Part shown: positions 1-12,839 of the stretch, in pieces
Layout: each line of letters opens with the position of its first letter
Position numbering within the stretch: position 1 is the first letter of the stretch
Assembly (NCBI GenBank): GCA_051294375.1
Contig: CM119267.1
Coordinates: 1,305,215-1,354,512, forward strand
Length of the DNA: 49,298 bases
Direction of reading: 5' to 3'
From: Paraspadella gotoi
Lineage: Eukaryota; Animalia; Chaetognatha
The notes under the pieces: generated by a model
What the model was told of the DNA's origin: nothing
What the model saw: the letters and a program-made list of their open reading frames with translations, nothing else
Database searches by the model: none
Position numbers and translations under genes: made by a program

Positions 1-818
1 CCGCAGTATGGGAAAGCGATAAAGGCTATGGTAAGGAGAAAGAGAGAAAGAGAGAGAGACGGAAAGAGAGAAAGAGAGTTCCCTTGATTGGGATTGTCGT
101 TCCGTACGTGGTAAAGAGAAAAAGGAATAAAGAGAGACTCCCCGTAAGATAAATAAGCCCACCTTGAAAAATGCGCAAATGTTGTCTCCCCCTCTTTTCC
201 TTCAATTTTTCTTCTACCCTCACTCCCTCTCCCTGCCCCTTCTCCCTCTTCCCTTCTCCCTCTCTTATCCAGATGCTCCTCATCCCTCTCTTCGGCCTCC
301 CCGCCATTCTCTGGTGGTGTTATATCGAGCATCCCCAGTTCCAACTTCTCGTCCACGTCCTGGAGGGTCTTCAAGGGGCCTTCGTCGCCGTCTGCTTCTG
401 TTTCTTCAACGGAGAGATCCAGAGCCTCTTGGGACGAACTTGGCACCGCTTACGGTTCCGTCATTTCCCGTCCGGCGCCGGAGCGGCGCTCGTTTGCGGC
501 GCCGGAATCAACAACAACAACACTCTGGCGCCGACGACTTCTGTTTTTAACGTCAGCGGAAGAGAGTCGCTACGTGCTCGATCGGGCGGAGCGGTGTCGG
601 GCGGGGTGGCGTCGGGCGGAGCGGTGTCGGGCATGGCGGCGTCGGGAGGGACGGCGTCCGGCTTGGCGGGGACGGGCAAAGCGCGCCTATCTTCGTCGGG
701 TCCAGCTGAGCCTATGCCGGGCAAAGCGGAAACGGCCCAACCTTCGGTGGCGGGGGAAGGCGCTTCTGTGGGAAGAGTAGAGTTAGAGAAAGAGCAGGAG
801 ATAGAGACGAAAAACTGA
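1..818 (+). CDS. Class B (secretin-family) GPCR, last two coding exons (TM6-TM7 and C-terminal tail); 5'-partial
   Basis: Exon 1-30 (PQYGKAIKAM, donor GTAAGG at 31) splices in frame to exon 273-818 (pyrimidine tract, CAG acceptor), giving KAIKAMMLLIPLFG...LQGAFVAVCFCFFNGEIQ. This matches the class B KAxKATLxLIPLxG and QGxxVAxxxCFxNxEV motifs. Ligand subtype not assignable. Confidence 0.88.
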
Positions 819-1111
819 GAGAGATAGAGACACTCAGACAGAGAGAGAGAGTCAGAATCCGAAAAATATGATCTAGACAGTTTTCGTTTCAATTTTTAAA
901 TTTTTGACAAAACCTTTTGTTAATATTTTGAAAACAAATCAAAAATAGTCTCCGATAGTGTTCGCTCGCGAGGAGAGAACAAGTCACATCTGGTATGGTC
1001 GATTGGTCTGTCTGTCTGTCTGTATAAACTTTGATGAATGAAATGTTAAAATTGGTTAAACCAATTCTATAAAATTCTTAAAAAATCAAACAACGACGAA
1101 AACAAACCAAT

Positions 1112-1344
1112 TATGGCAATAGCCGGGTTACTTGTGATGCCCATTGGGATGGGGCATCTCACTGAAGGCTTTGGGGGCTTCCGACCCTCAGTGACGCCTC
1201 CAGTCACAGGCGCGGTTAACCTAGGACGGTCTCGCTTTGTCAAAGCAGAGGGAAGTCGTTAGGACTGTGGATGGAACACAGCGCTTGGGATGATGCGTTC
1301 CCCCTCTGATGATGGATGTGAGGCGGTGTGAATATACCGCCACA
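1112..1344 (-). mobile_element. Structured ~233-bp element, family 1 copy A (TG...TA ends, 4-bp TSD; solo-LTR-like)
   Basis: Aligns end to end with the reverse complement of 13631-13867. Flanked by CAAT at 1108-1111 and 1345-1348. Minus-strand ends are TGTGGCGG...TTGCCATA. Confidence 0.75.
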
Positions 1345-1858
1345 CAATTTCACTTTTCTTAAAAAGTCGTCCATCAAATTTTGAAAAATTGTCAGATGAA
1401 AAAACTGAGATCATCTTTTTTAGAATTGACTTCGAAAAAAATTAGTAAAAACTTAGTAACATTAAATAATTTTAAAACAAAATTAATTTTCGTGGAACAC
1501 CTTGTTTACTGTTCATATACTACATGTACAATTGTACATATAGAGAATTAAACCGTCGTCGTCGTCGTCGTTGTCGTCGTCGTCGTCCTCATTGTCGTCG
1601 AATTTTTAATGTTTATTTTGTTTTTTCTTCTACGTTTCATAGATTAATTCAATTTTTAAAAAAATGTAGCCTTGCGTTGGGTGGGCTTTAAATTTATATC
1701 TTAGTCGAAAAAAAAATGTTTAGTTTTTGATTGAATACGATAATCATCTTCAGTCTTCAGTCTTCACTGTTATTTGTGGCGAATCAAACCACCTCATGTT
1801 GAATGTTGTTTTTAGATCTCAATGTGAACAGCTGTTATTGTAAACAAATGTTGATATA

Positions 1859-1864
1859 AATAAA
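1859..1864 (+). promoter_or_regulatory. Candidate polyadenylation signal of the GPCR gene
   Basis: AATAAA about 1 kb after the stop codon, followed by GT/T-rich sequence. Confidence 0.35.
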
Positions 1865-2119
1865 CGTTGACTCAAATTAAAAAAAATATTGTTTCGTGAA
1901 AACTGTGTGGTTTTTTTATCACATCGGCAGGGATCTCTGTTTGAAAAATGTATAAAGTAATCATTCAAGTTGAATTGTATGACTCAGCAAAAATTATTTA
2001 GCTTTTTTAAAAAAAAACTATTAACTCAACTGACCAATAGATAGATAGAGAGAGATATATATATATACATATATAATATACAATTTTTTTAATACATATA
2101 TAATATATATGTCTCTCTC

Positions 2120-2160
2120 TGAGAGAGAGAAAGAATGAGAGAGAGGGTAGAGAGAGACAG

Positions 2161-2225
<65 letters not shown>
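2120..2225. repeat. (AG)n microsatellite, representative of many (AG/CT)n, (GAC)n, (TTTC)n and (GGA)n tracts across the window
   Basis: Directly visible dinucleotide run. Confidence 0.95.
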
Positions 2226-2355
2226 CGCGTCTACATGAACTTTAGATCATCTCCAACAATTCCTGGTTTCTTTTATTCCATCTGCAACCAACCACAACCA
2301 TCTCTAACCCCCATTTGTGACCATCTGTGACCATCTCCATTCTCCTTCTCTTCAG

Positions 2356-3466
2356 GCGTGGGCAAGTCGACGGTGACGTCCCTTCTCGCCGCCGGATTCG
2401 CTCGTCGAGGCTTCAGGGTCGGCGTCTTGGATGCGGACATCTGTGGACCAAGTTGTGGGAAGATGTTTGGAGTGGAGGAGGTGAAAGAAAGGGTATCATG
2501 ATACACCTAATACAGCTGATACAGCTAATACAAGCATTACAGTTAATAAAGCTAATCCAGACTAAACAGCTGATACACCCAAAAAAAGCCAATACAGCAG
2601 ATACAGCAAATACAGTCAATGCAGCCAAAATAGCCATTACTGCCGATACAGCTAATACAGCCTATACAGCTGATACGGTCACTACAGCATATACAGAGAA
2701 ATAAGAATTTCCCTTATCCAACATCACCTTATCATTCTTTTCCATCAGGTCTCGGTTGTCAATTCCCCTTGGGGTTGGAAGCCAATCGATTCCCCCCTCC
2801 ACTCTGAGAGAAGGGAAGGGGGGGCGTCAATTAAAGTCATGAGCGTCGCAAATTTGTTGGATGAAGATGGCGCCTCAGTTGTGTTTAGGTGAGAAAGAGA
2901 AGAAGAGAAGAGAGGAGAAGGGAAGGGAAGGGAAGGGAAGGGAAGGGAAGGGAAGGGAAGGGAAGGGAAGAGAAGAGAAGTAAGAAAAGAAAAGAAAAGA
3001 AAGAAAAAAGAAACAATAGAAGAAAAAATAAAATAAAATATATAAAATTAAAATAAAATAAAATAGAAAAATAGAATAAAATAAAAAAAAAATAATTAAA
3101 AATAAAATCAATAAAATAAAATAAAATAAAATAAAATAAGATAAGTCAAACAGCTTATTTTCTTCCTCAGAGGACCCCGCAAGACCCACCTCTTGGCCCG
3201 AATGCTCCGTGAGACTTTCTACGGGCGACTCGATGTTCTTTTGTTTGACACTCCGCCCGGAACATCGGACGAACACCTCGCGGTCGCGTCCCTCTTGCGG
3301 GCGGCGGCGAAACCCGACGGAGTCGTCGTTGTCACTTCCCCTCAAGAGGTCGCTACGGGTGTCGTCAGGAGACAAATCTCGTTTTGGCGACAAATGAACA
3401 TAGAAATTTTGGGAATAGTGGAAAATATGTCGGGATTCGCCTGCCCCTGTTGCGGGGAGGTCACGG
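2356..3466 (+). CDS. Mrp/NBP35-family (NUBP1/NUBP2-like) cytosolic Fe-S assembly P-loop ATPase, three internal exons; partial
   Basis: Exons 2356-2480, 2749-2888 and 3171-3466 have GT-AG ends and consistent phases. They encode GVGKST...DADICGPS...VMSV...FRGPRK...[11 protein letters not shown]...TSPQEVA...[14 protein letters not shown]. First and last exons not found. Confidence 0.9.
2508..2698. repeat. Degenerate 9-bp intronic minisatellite (AATACAGCT-like)
   Basis: Repeated atacagct/atacagca units inside the first visible NUBP-like intron. Confidence 0.8.
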
Positions 3467-3605
3467 GTGAGTAAAAGGGATAGATATCGGGGATAGGTAT
3501 CGAAGGAAATAATCAAAACAAACAAAATATGTTGTATAAGGCATCACAGTGATTTTGAATACTATTTTATTATATTTTATATGAGGACAGAATTTTCTAC
3601 CAAGT

Positions 3606-3669
<64 letters not shown>

Positions 3670-3688
3670 GATGATGATGATGATGATG
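3606..3688. repeat. (GAT)n microsatellite
   Basis: Directly visible; it accounts for the poly-His and poly-Ser ORFs in the track. Confidence 0.95.
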
Positions 3689-3983
3689 TAGACGACAACG
3701 ACGCCTGCTGTACTCCATATTGGCACTGATGCAGAACCGCAACTCTAGTAGTACCACTACAATCTGCAATGAAGAGGAGGAGGAGGAGGAAGAGGAGGAG
3801 GAAATGAAATGAGACGCGATGGCACCGAGTGCTAAAGGAGGAGGAGGAGGAGGAGGAGCTCGTTGAGAACGAGGAGAAGAAGAAGATAAAAAGAAAAGGA
3901 GGAGCGAGATGGAGAGCGAGACATCTCCCGGGCGTTGAGAGGCAAGGTCGCTGGGAAGAACGCGCGATGCACGATATATCACC

Positions 3984-4028
<45 letters not shown>

Positions 4029-4458
4029 TAAATTCAGCACCGGCTCCCCAATGATTCTCTTCTCGACAAAAAAAGAAAAAAACAACAAAAATTGTCTTCT
4101 GCGATTTTGATTTTTTTTTTCCTTCGCTGACCGTTTTTGGGCTCTATTTTCCAATATCGACTCATTTCTGTGACTTGATCCTAAAAACTAATTATAATCT
4201 TATCGTTTAACTCTAATATATTCTAATCCTAAACCTTAATCCAAAACCTCGATCCTTTACCGAATTTAAAGCCTAATCTCTAATTATAACAAATAACCTA
4301 ATATTTAAGCTAATCTTATTGATATGATTTCTAATTTAAAATGAATTGGGGCGTTTTGGGTTAATAAGACCAAAAAATATTGTTTTTCGCGATTTAGTTT
4401 GTTTTGATATAAAACTTTTTTTTTAAACGAAATTTATTTTTTTACGGATTTATTTTTT

Positions 4459-4590
4459 TATGAAATTGGTACAACCAATATAAAAATTATCCATTCATTT
4501 AATAAATAAGCTATCTTGCCCCTGACTTTGAACAGGCTTTGGTGGTTTAAGGCCTCAATCACTCTTACAAGATAATGACATAGCAGGTCT
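4459..4590 (-). mobile_element. Dispersed AT-rich repeat ('host' repeat), empty-site copy
   Basis: Its reverse complement matches 13597-13623 (26/27 nt) and then 13868-13939. The TGAAATTGGTACAACCAATA end recurs at 30571 and, diverged, near 16416 and 21235. Confidence 0.7.
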
Positions 4591-4905
4591 CGTTTATACA
4601 CTCCCAGAGTACCTGGCTTACCTATCAATGAAGTTGTGTAATATTTTATTTTATTTGAGTGAACTTTGGCTATTCATTCTCTTTGCGGCGTGAATAAAGG
4701 TTAGACCCCTGATCTGAGGCCTTCACTATCCAAATGGCCGTCATCACAACTGACAAAAATCAGCAGTTGGCCGCTGTCATCACTGGTAACTTGTTAAATC
4801 ATGACTGGCAAATCGTCTTGACTAAAAACATAAACTTTTCGGGTCGAACGTGGGTCTTGTACGTTTTAATGGAAAACGATTTTGTCAATTATCTCTTAAT
4901 ATAGA

Positions 4906-4940
<35 letters not shown>

Positions 4941-5299
4941 TTATTATTCTGCCAAACTTGCTTCAACCTTAATTAGATTTGGCCTCAAAGTGTAGGTCCG
5001 AACACGCTACCGTTGCTCACCGTTAATTCCTTTTTTTTTTGCGGAAATTTTTTTCAAATTGAAATTTTTTTATTAAAACGAAAAATTTACTGTTTTTTTG
5101 CGCTGTTCTCGTTGTTGTGAATAATTGTTTTTTTGTACTAGTGTCGTTGATATGTTGTTGTTGAAATTATTATTTTTTTGTAGAACGATGCATTTCATTT
5201 CTTCTTTCTTTTCTTTTCCTTTCTTATTATCTTCTTGTCTCACATTTGAATCTTGCAACAGTTTCAAGGTCAAGAGTCATTCAAGACGAAGTCCACCAT

Positions 5300-5404
<105 letters not shown>

Positions 5405-5625
5405 TTAACTCCACCATTTTTTCGTTCGATGTTTCTTTCTCTTTTATTTTTATGTCATTTTGTTTCTGGGTCAAAATCGTTGGCGCCATCGTCGTTCTCG
5501 TCGTCGTCGTTGTCGTCGTCGTCATCGTCGTTTTCATCTTTATTATCATCGTCATTTCAATTGTTTTAAATTCAATGTTAAATTAAGTTAAATTATATCT
5601 TCTTTCTCTCTCTCTATCTTTTTTT

Positions 5626-5713
<88 letters not shown>

Positions 5714-6268
5714 TTATTCCTCGAGTTCCATACTTATCACCATTGAAATGAAAATGACGACGACGACGACGACAACATTACCATAACAACAACAACAACA
5801 ACGAAAACAACAACAACAACAATTAACATCGCTGGATTTTAGTATCGGCCATTTTTATTTCTAAGGTCACGTGACAAGGAACGAAAAAGACAACGTGACG
5901 TGAGGACCGTGACAGTTGTCACGTTTGGTCTAAGTCAACTATTTTAAAGTTATAATAACAATTTCATTATTTATTTAACTATTAAAGCTTAGTAGTATTA
6001 ATTCTTTTTTTTCTTGTATTTAAAACATCAACTCATTACAACGACAACAACAACGACAACAACAACAACAGTTTGTGTCGCTTCGTCGATTCTAAGTCCT
6101 TGAAATTCCGGCGCCACGAGACTAAGAGATGACGCCTCCACCGAGTCCGGCGCCAGGAGACGGCGCTATTGGTGCCGACGCCGCCCGACGCTAGACGGTG
6201 CTAGACTATGACAGCTGACGCCGCCCGACGCCGAAAGAAAAGAAAAAGAGAAAGAAAGAAAGAAAGAA

Positions 6269-6308
<40 letters not shown>

Positions 6309-6989
6309 GGAGGGAGGGAGGGAGGGAGAGAGAAAGAGAGAGAGAGAGAGGGAGAGAGAGGGAGACGATTTAAGGTTTTATGGTGATGAGGCAAGGATTA
6401 TGAGGAGGAGGAAGAGGAGGAAGAGGAGGAGGAGGAGGAGGAAGATGACAAAGGAGATTCACGCAGGTGACGAGTCAATTGGGGACCAAATGAGGAGGAA
6501 GAAGAAGAGGAGGAGGAGGAAGAGGAGGAGGAGGAGGAGGAGAAAAAGCAATTTCCGGCGACAAAGACGAGGATTTTGAGATAAGATTTTCACAATTCCT
6601 CTTTGCCACTCCTTTTTGCCATTTCTGTTTGCCACTCTTTTTTGCCATTCTTATTTTCAATTCCCAGTTTATTACTTTGGCTTAACACTCCTTTTTGTCT
6701 CACCAGCCATTAGTATTTTCCACAACAGTTTGAAAGTAATTTTATCGGCTTGGTTACCACTCCGTTTTGCCACACCTTTTTGATACTCCTGTTTGCTACT
6801 TTTGTTTTGAAACTCCTGTTTACAACTCCAGTTTAAACACCTTGCTCGTCTTGTTTTTCAATACTGTAATTCACTCACTCACTGCTATTTCCATTATTTT
6901 GACACGCCTGTGTGTCACTTGTCTCCCAGTCACGCCCTCTTCACTCTGACTTTAAATTTGGCGAAAATAAATTCGCTTTTGTCGAAAAG

Positions 6990-7055
6990 GACCGACAACG
7001 ACGACGACGATGACGACGACGACAACGATGATGGCGACGACTCCGATGATAATAA

Positions 7056-7097
<42 letters not shown>

Positions 7098-7180
7098 CAA
7101 CGATGATGGCGACGACTCCGATGATAATAATGATGACGACGACGACGACGACCATGATTACGACGACGACGACGACGTTC
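6990..7180 (+). repeat. (GAC/GAT)n low-complexity tract with an internal duplication; possibly part of an Asp-rich exon
   Basis: GACAACGATGATGGCGACGACTCCGATGATAATAATGA occurs twice. The ORF 6910-7383 is open but has no recognisable domain. Confidence 0.6.
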
Positions 7181-7281
7181 ACATCGAGTTTAGACGAACG
7201 CAACAAAAAAATTCCACTGAGTCAGATTTACATAATGGAACTCTATTAAATTCACGGCCGCTTGCGGCGGGAGGAGGAGGA

Positions 7282-7317
<36 letters not shown>

Positions 7318-7355
7318 TGTTATGAAAACGAAGGAAGAGTGGGAGAGAAAGAGGC

Positions 7356-7392
<37 letters not shown>

Positions 7393-8462
7393 GAAAATTG
7401 ATAATTTCAAAACGAGTTGTTGAGCTTTGCAATTAAAATCAAGACTTACGAGTTATTGACGAGTATAACGTAAAATTTAATTAGCAATTTGTTTTTTTTT
7501 CTCTTATTAAAGTTTTTTCCCTCCTCCGTTGTTTATCAATCAATTTTGAAATGAAAATCTCGTTTACATATCGCAGTAATAAAAAATTTAAGTTTTGACA
7601 CTTCGTGTTTGTCCCAAAAATATTTAAAAAAATAAATTTGATAGTACATTCATTTCAAATATTTATTATGAGATTATTCTTTATGAACGTTCCAAAATTC
7701 TTTCAAACTATTAAAGAAAATATTTATTTTTTAATTATTCTCTGTTATGATACGTTATTATTATGTCGGATTCGAAGGCAGATAACAAAAGTCGTCTTGA
7801 TGAGCTGACTCTCTTTCTCATTCTGATTCCTATAATTGAGCCCTTTTCAACTCCCAGTACGGTGTAAATGTATTAATAATAAAAAAAATATACATTAACT
7901 TTGAGTTTTAATATTCCGAGATAAAATTTCGTAACCATAGAAAACAATAATTTTCGTTCTGAAAAATATTGTAAATAATTTAATTTCGATTTTTAAAAAT
8001 ATTAAAAAGTCACAAAATAAGAAGATTCTATTTTAAAAAATGAATTATGCTCCAGAACTGCAGAATAAAAAAAAATTAAAAAAACCTATTTCAGGAAACA
8101 ACGATTTAAATTTAAAAATTAACAAAATAAACAATTAAAGAATTACACGGTAAACAAATAGAAACATTGTTTCAAAGGACGCTATTAAACACAAACTAGT
8201 AAATAGACATTACTGCACAATTACTACAGTCGCTGAGCTAAAAAGCGAGATAAACATATTTGTAATATACAGTAACAAGTACATTTTCATAATAGAGAAA
8301 ATCATAATTCAAAGCGAAGTAAATTGATTTAGTATGAGTTTCTTTTATTTAATGTTTGTCTTTTTTTGATGTATGAAATCTAATATATTACTTTTTCTTT
8401 CGACTCTTTTATTGTCGATAAGCTTTGACGTTTTCATAATGAGAAAAGCTCAAATGTCAAAT

Positions 8463-9788
8463 TTAACATTTATACGGTTTTTCGTTGGAATGAGTTTTTT
8501 GATGAATTTTCAGATGGTACTTCCTAGAAAATAACTTTTGGCAAATTCCACATCCATATGATTTTTCTTTGGAATGCAAGAGTTGATGTTTTCTGAGATT
8601 TGAACTCGTGGAAAAACTTTTTTCACAAACATTACATTGAAAAGGTTGTTCATTTGTATGAATCCGACGATGCGTTGTCAAAATATAATTTCGTGCAAAA
8701 AACCTCTGACAAACTTCACATTTAAATAATTTTTCTTTTGTATGAGTGAGTTGATGTGTTTTTAAACTAGTTTTTTGCGTAAAGCGCTCTTCACATATTT
8801 TACATTCGTATGGTTTTTCTCCTGTGTGAGTTACTTGATGTATATTTAGATTTCCCTTCTGAGTAAAACTCTTCTGACAAATTTCACATGTGTACGGTTT
8901 TTCATTTGTGTGTGTGAGAAGATGCGCCTTAAGACCTGCAGTCTGTGAAAAGCATTTTTGACAGATCTCACATTTATACGGTTTCTCTTTTGTATGAGTT
9001 CGTTTATGAAGTTTAATGCAACTAAAATATGAAAAACTCTTTTGACAAATATCACATTTGTATTGTTTTTGTTTTGTATGTGTATTATAATGTGTTTTAA
9101 GATGCTGGGGGTTTAAATATGACTTCTCACAAATGTCACATTTATATAGTTTTTCCTTTGTGTGAATCTTCAAGTGATTTAACAGATATTCCCTTCGTGA
9201 AAAACATTTTTGACATATTTCACATTTGTACTGTTTCTCTTTTGTATGAATGTGATAATGTCTTTTTAACACATAGCTCCTTGAAAAACATTTTTGACAT
9301 ATTTCACATTGAAATTGTTTATCATTTGTGTGCGTCAAATAATGTTCTTTCAGATAAACTTTACGAGTAAATCTCTTCTGACATAAGTCGCATTCATTTC
9401 GTTTTTCTTTAACGTGAGTTTTAAGATGCGACTTTAGCTTTTCCTTCAAAGAAAAACATTTTCCACAAATTTGACATTCGTATGTTTTTTCTCTTGTCTG
9501 AGTTCGATCGAGGTAATTTGATGCTGATCTTATGGTTTCACATTGAGATGGATTTTTTTCTTTATGAGTTAAAGTATGTTTTTTTAAATGATGTTTCAGT
9601 GAAAAACATTTCGGACAAAATTCGCATTTAAATGTCTTATTCTTTGTTAGAGGATTTTCACTTAGAGAACTTTCGGTGAGACCAAAATCACTTGGACTTT
9701 TTTCATCTTCACAAAAGTCGGAGTCACGTGATGTTTCTTTTTCACAAATTGACGAATTGTGACTCAGTTGATCTTGGGTCTGTTTCAT
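8463..9788 (-). CDS. C2H2 (Kruppel-type) multi-zinc-finger protein
   Basis: 441-aa ORF with 13 intact CX2CX12HX3H fingers, one degenerate finger and HT(K/N/G)EKPY-type linkers. A possible acceptor just upstream of the ATG suggests an additional 5' exon. Confidence 0.95.
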   Translation of the reverse strand: MKQTQDQLSHNSSICEKETSRDSDFCEDEKSPSDFGLTESSLSENPLTKNKTFKCEFCPKCFSLKHHLKKHTLTHKEKNPSQCETIRSASNYLDRTQTREKTYECQICGKCFSLKEKLKSHLKTHVKEKRNECDLCQKRFTRKVYLKEHYLTHTNDKQFQCEICQKCFSRSYVLKRHYHIHTKEKQYKCEICQKCFSRREYLLNHLKIHTKEKLYKCDICEKSYLNPQHLKTHYNTHTKQKQYKCDICQKSFSYFSCIKLHKRTHTKEKPYKCEICQKCFSQTAGLKAHLLTHTNEKPYTCEICQKSFTQKGNLNIHQVTHTGEKPYECKICEERFTQKTSLKTHQLTHTKEKLFKCEVCQRFFARNYILTTHRRIHTNEQPFQCNVCEKSFSTSSNLRKHQLLHSKEKSYGCGICQKLFSRKYHLKIHQKTHSNEKPYKC

Positions 9789-10432
9789 ATCTTCGCTGAA
9801 TATGATATTAATTTTGGATGAATTCGATGAATTAGATGAATATGATAATAATTCTGATCTATTCAGACTAATTAGAGTTTTAAATGTTGATGTTAAAATG
9901 AAGAAGTTTTCGGATTTTATTTAAAAATAAAAACGAAGATTGTTATGCATGTTTTCTTTTCATCGCCTCTGTTATCTTGTTTTGTTTTTTCGCTTCTTTC
10001 GCCTTGTTTTGTTTTTATTCGCGTTTTATTATCAGCAAAAATATTTTAAAATGTGAATTCTAATATTTTATTTTAGACTTAAGAGAGAGAAAAGAAATCT
10101 TTGAATGAAATTTGATTCCGATTTGAATAAAAATGACTGAATGAAAATGTTTACGAAAAAATTATTATTATTTTCATTTTCCTTTTTTTTGTATTTTTAA
10201 AAAAATCATTTTAAGTCTAAGCATCCGAAGATTTTGTCTCAAAACTGAAAACAATTTATCAGTGAGATTCGTTGACCTTGTCGTCGTCATCGTCATCGTC
10301 GTTGTCATCGTCATCGTCGTCGTCATCGTCGTCATCATCGTCGTCGTTGTCATCGTCGTCGTCGTCGATCCCGTCCGTCGTCTCTTCACAGTTGTTTTTT
10401 TCTCGGATACAAATGGACATTAAATAAGAAGA

Positions 10433-10490
<58 letters not shown>

Positions 10491-10498
10491 AAAGAGAA

Positions 10499-10531
<33 letters not shown>

Positions 10532-10877
10532 TACGAGAGAGGAAACAGAGAGGGAGAGAGAGAGTCGCGGACCCAGCTCCGCCTCAGTCAAATTCCCAGA
10601 GGAGAAAAGCTGCGAAGAGGGAAGAAGAAAGAAAGTTTGATGAAAACGGATTTGATGCGACAATTGATTGAACACGCTTAGTCCATTGATTGATTGATTG
10701 AAAAGCGCACTTTCATTGATTGATTGATTGAACGCTTCATTGATTGATTGATTTATTGAAAGAGGAGAATGCTCCTAAACCATGTGCTTGCAAAAGGATT
10801 TATTATTTTCGAAAAAATCGATGAATCACATGCCTTCTTCTTCTCTCTCTCTCTCTCTCTCGCTCTCTTTCTCTCTA

Positions 10878-10920
<43 letters not shown>

Positions 10921-11127
10921 TTCTTTCTTTCTCTTCTTTCTTTCTTCTTTCTTTCTTTTCTTTTCTTCTTTTTTCTTTCATTCTTTCTTTCTTGATTTCT
11001 TCTCACTCACTATTCTCTCTCTGTCTGCTTTTCTTACAGTCAGCGTCTGACTCATTTCCGGTTCAACAAAACACCGGGTTCAGCTGCCTCCTCCTCCTCC
11101 TCCTCCTCCTCAGCCTTCTCTCTCTTC

Positions 11128-11193
<66 letters not shown>

Positions 11194-11270
11194 GCGCTTT
11201 ATCGACTTCGTATATTCAGAGGGGAGAGAGGGAGAGAGGGAGAGAGAGAGAGGGAGAGAGAGAAAGACAG

Positions 11271-11307
<37 letters not shown>

Positions 11308-11819
11308 CAGAGAGCGAGACAGAGAGAGAGCAAACTCACCAGTGGAATCGTCATATCTTTCAATTGTCATCGCCAAACGAAACTTGAGTATGTTTTTCGT
11401 TTGTTCGCGTGCCCGCCAAATCTCGTGCCCGCCAAATCTCGTGCCCGTCAAATCTCGTGAATCTCTTCCCCCCCGGGTCAGAATTTCTCAGAAATTAGAT
11501 TTTATTTGATTTTTCTCTGAATATCTGAATCTATGCGTCTCCTTATCACTGAATTCATTAATCTCTGAATCTCTGAATATGTTTCTCTGAATATTTCAAT
11601 ATCTGTATATCTTTTGATGAATCTCTAAATTTATTATTCTCTTCACTGCCACTGCCATGCCGCCGCCACCGTCTTGCCGACTTTCGTCATGTCGCCAAGC
11701 CCCCTGCGGCCATGCCTCCGCCATGCCAACTTGCCTTGCCTTGCATTGCATTGCTCTTTGTTGTCAAACAAAACTGAGATTAAAGTCGAAAACGAAATTT
11801 ACGATGACGTCTGAAGAGA

Positions 11820-11859
<40 letters not shown>

Positions 11860-12784
11860 CGCGCGCCACGAAGCCGGACGATAAACTCTCTCTCTTTTTC
11901 CATTTCAGCAGAAATAATTCGTTTTATTTCCATTTTTGTCGCTTTAGTTTATTCGTCAGATTTTTTAGACGAAATGTATAAACAAATCTTGGAGAGAGAG
12001 AGAGAGAGAGACAGACAGAGAGAGAGTGGGAGAGAGAGAGAGAGAGAGAGATCAACCAAAAGTGGCAAATCCACTTTGGTCAGGCAAGATGACCCGCTAA
12101 AATGCGGTTTCCCAATTTTGCACGCGATTGTACGCGGAAGGAACACGGCGCACACGCGATTCCACAGTGCGCCAGAGTCCACTTCGCCAGAGTCCACAGT
12201 GCGCCAGAGTCGCTACTGTGCGCAGGTGGAGACGAAATATCGCATCGAAGTCCCACGTCGACAGACCGACCAAAAATTGACCTGAAAAAGTCACGACTGA
12301 AACTGCGAATAAAAAAAAAAGAATTAAATTTGGTTCAACTTTTTTAATCCAGAGTAAAAAAAAATTAAATTTCCAAAAAAGAAAAAAATCTCGCAAATTT
12401 ATTTTTTTTTTCGGCTTAAATTTTTTTCCCCGTCATTTTCTTTTTGGTTTCGTCGACTTGGAATCTTGAATTTAAAAACAATTATCAAATAAATAAATAA
12501 ATAATTAAAGAGGAAAATAAATAAATAAATAAATAAATAAAAAATGACAATTTAATAACTATATCTAAAAAAATAAACAAATGAATAAATAAATAAACAC
12601 ACAAATGAATAGAAAATAATTATTAAAGAGCTAAATAAATTCTTAGCTAAATGCATAATGAAATAATAAAAAAAAAAAATAATTAAAACTCTTTTTTTTT
12701 CTTCTCAGTTTTTCTCCTCGAACCGAACAGCGCACAAACCAACAACAACAACAACAACGTATCTCATTGCTTTCCTCTCTCTCT

Positions 12785-12839
<55 letters not shown>

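Noticed and set aside
1300-1345. Hammerhead core CTGATGA at ~1307
   Set aside because: No downstream GAAA with closing stems, and the motif is not conserved in the 13.6 kb copy.
12058-12100. G-alpha-like P-loop SGKSTLVRQ
   Set aside because: Directly preceded by (AG)n, with no acceptor and no further GTPase motifs.
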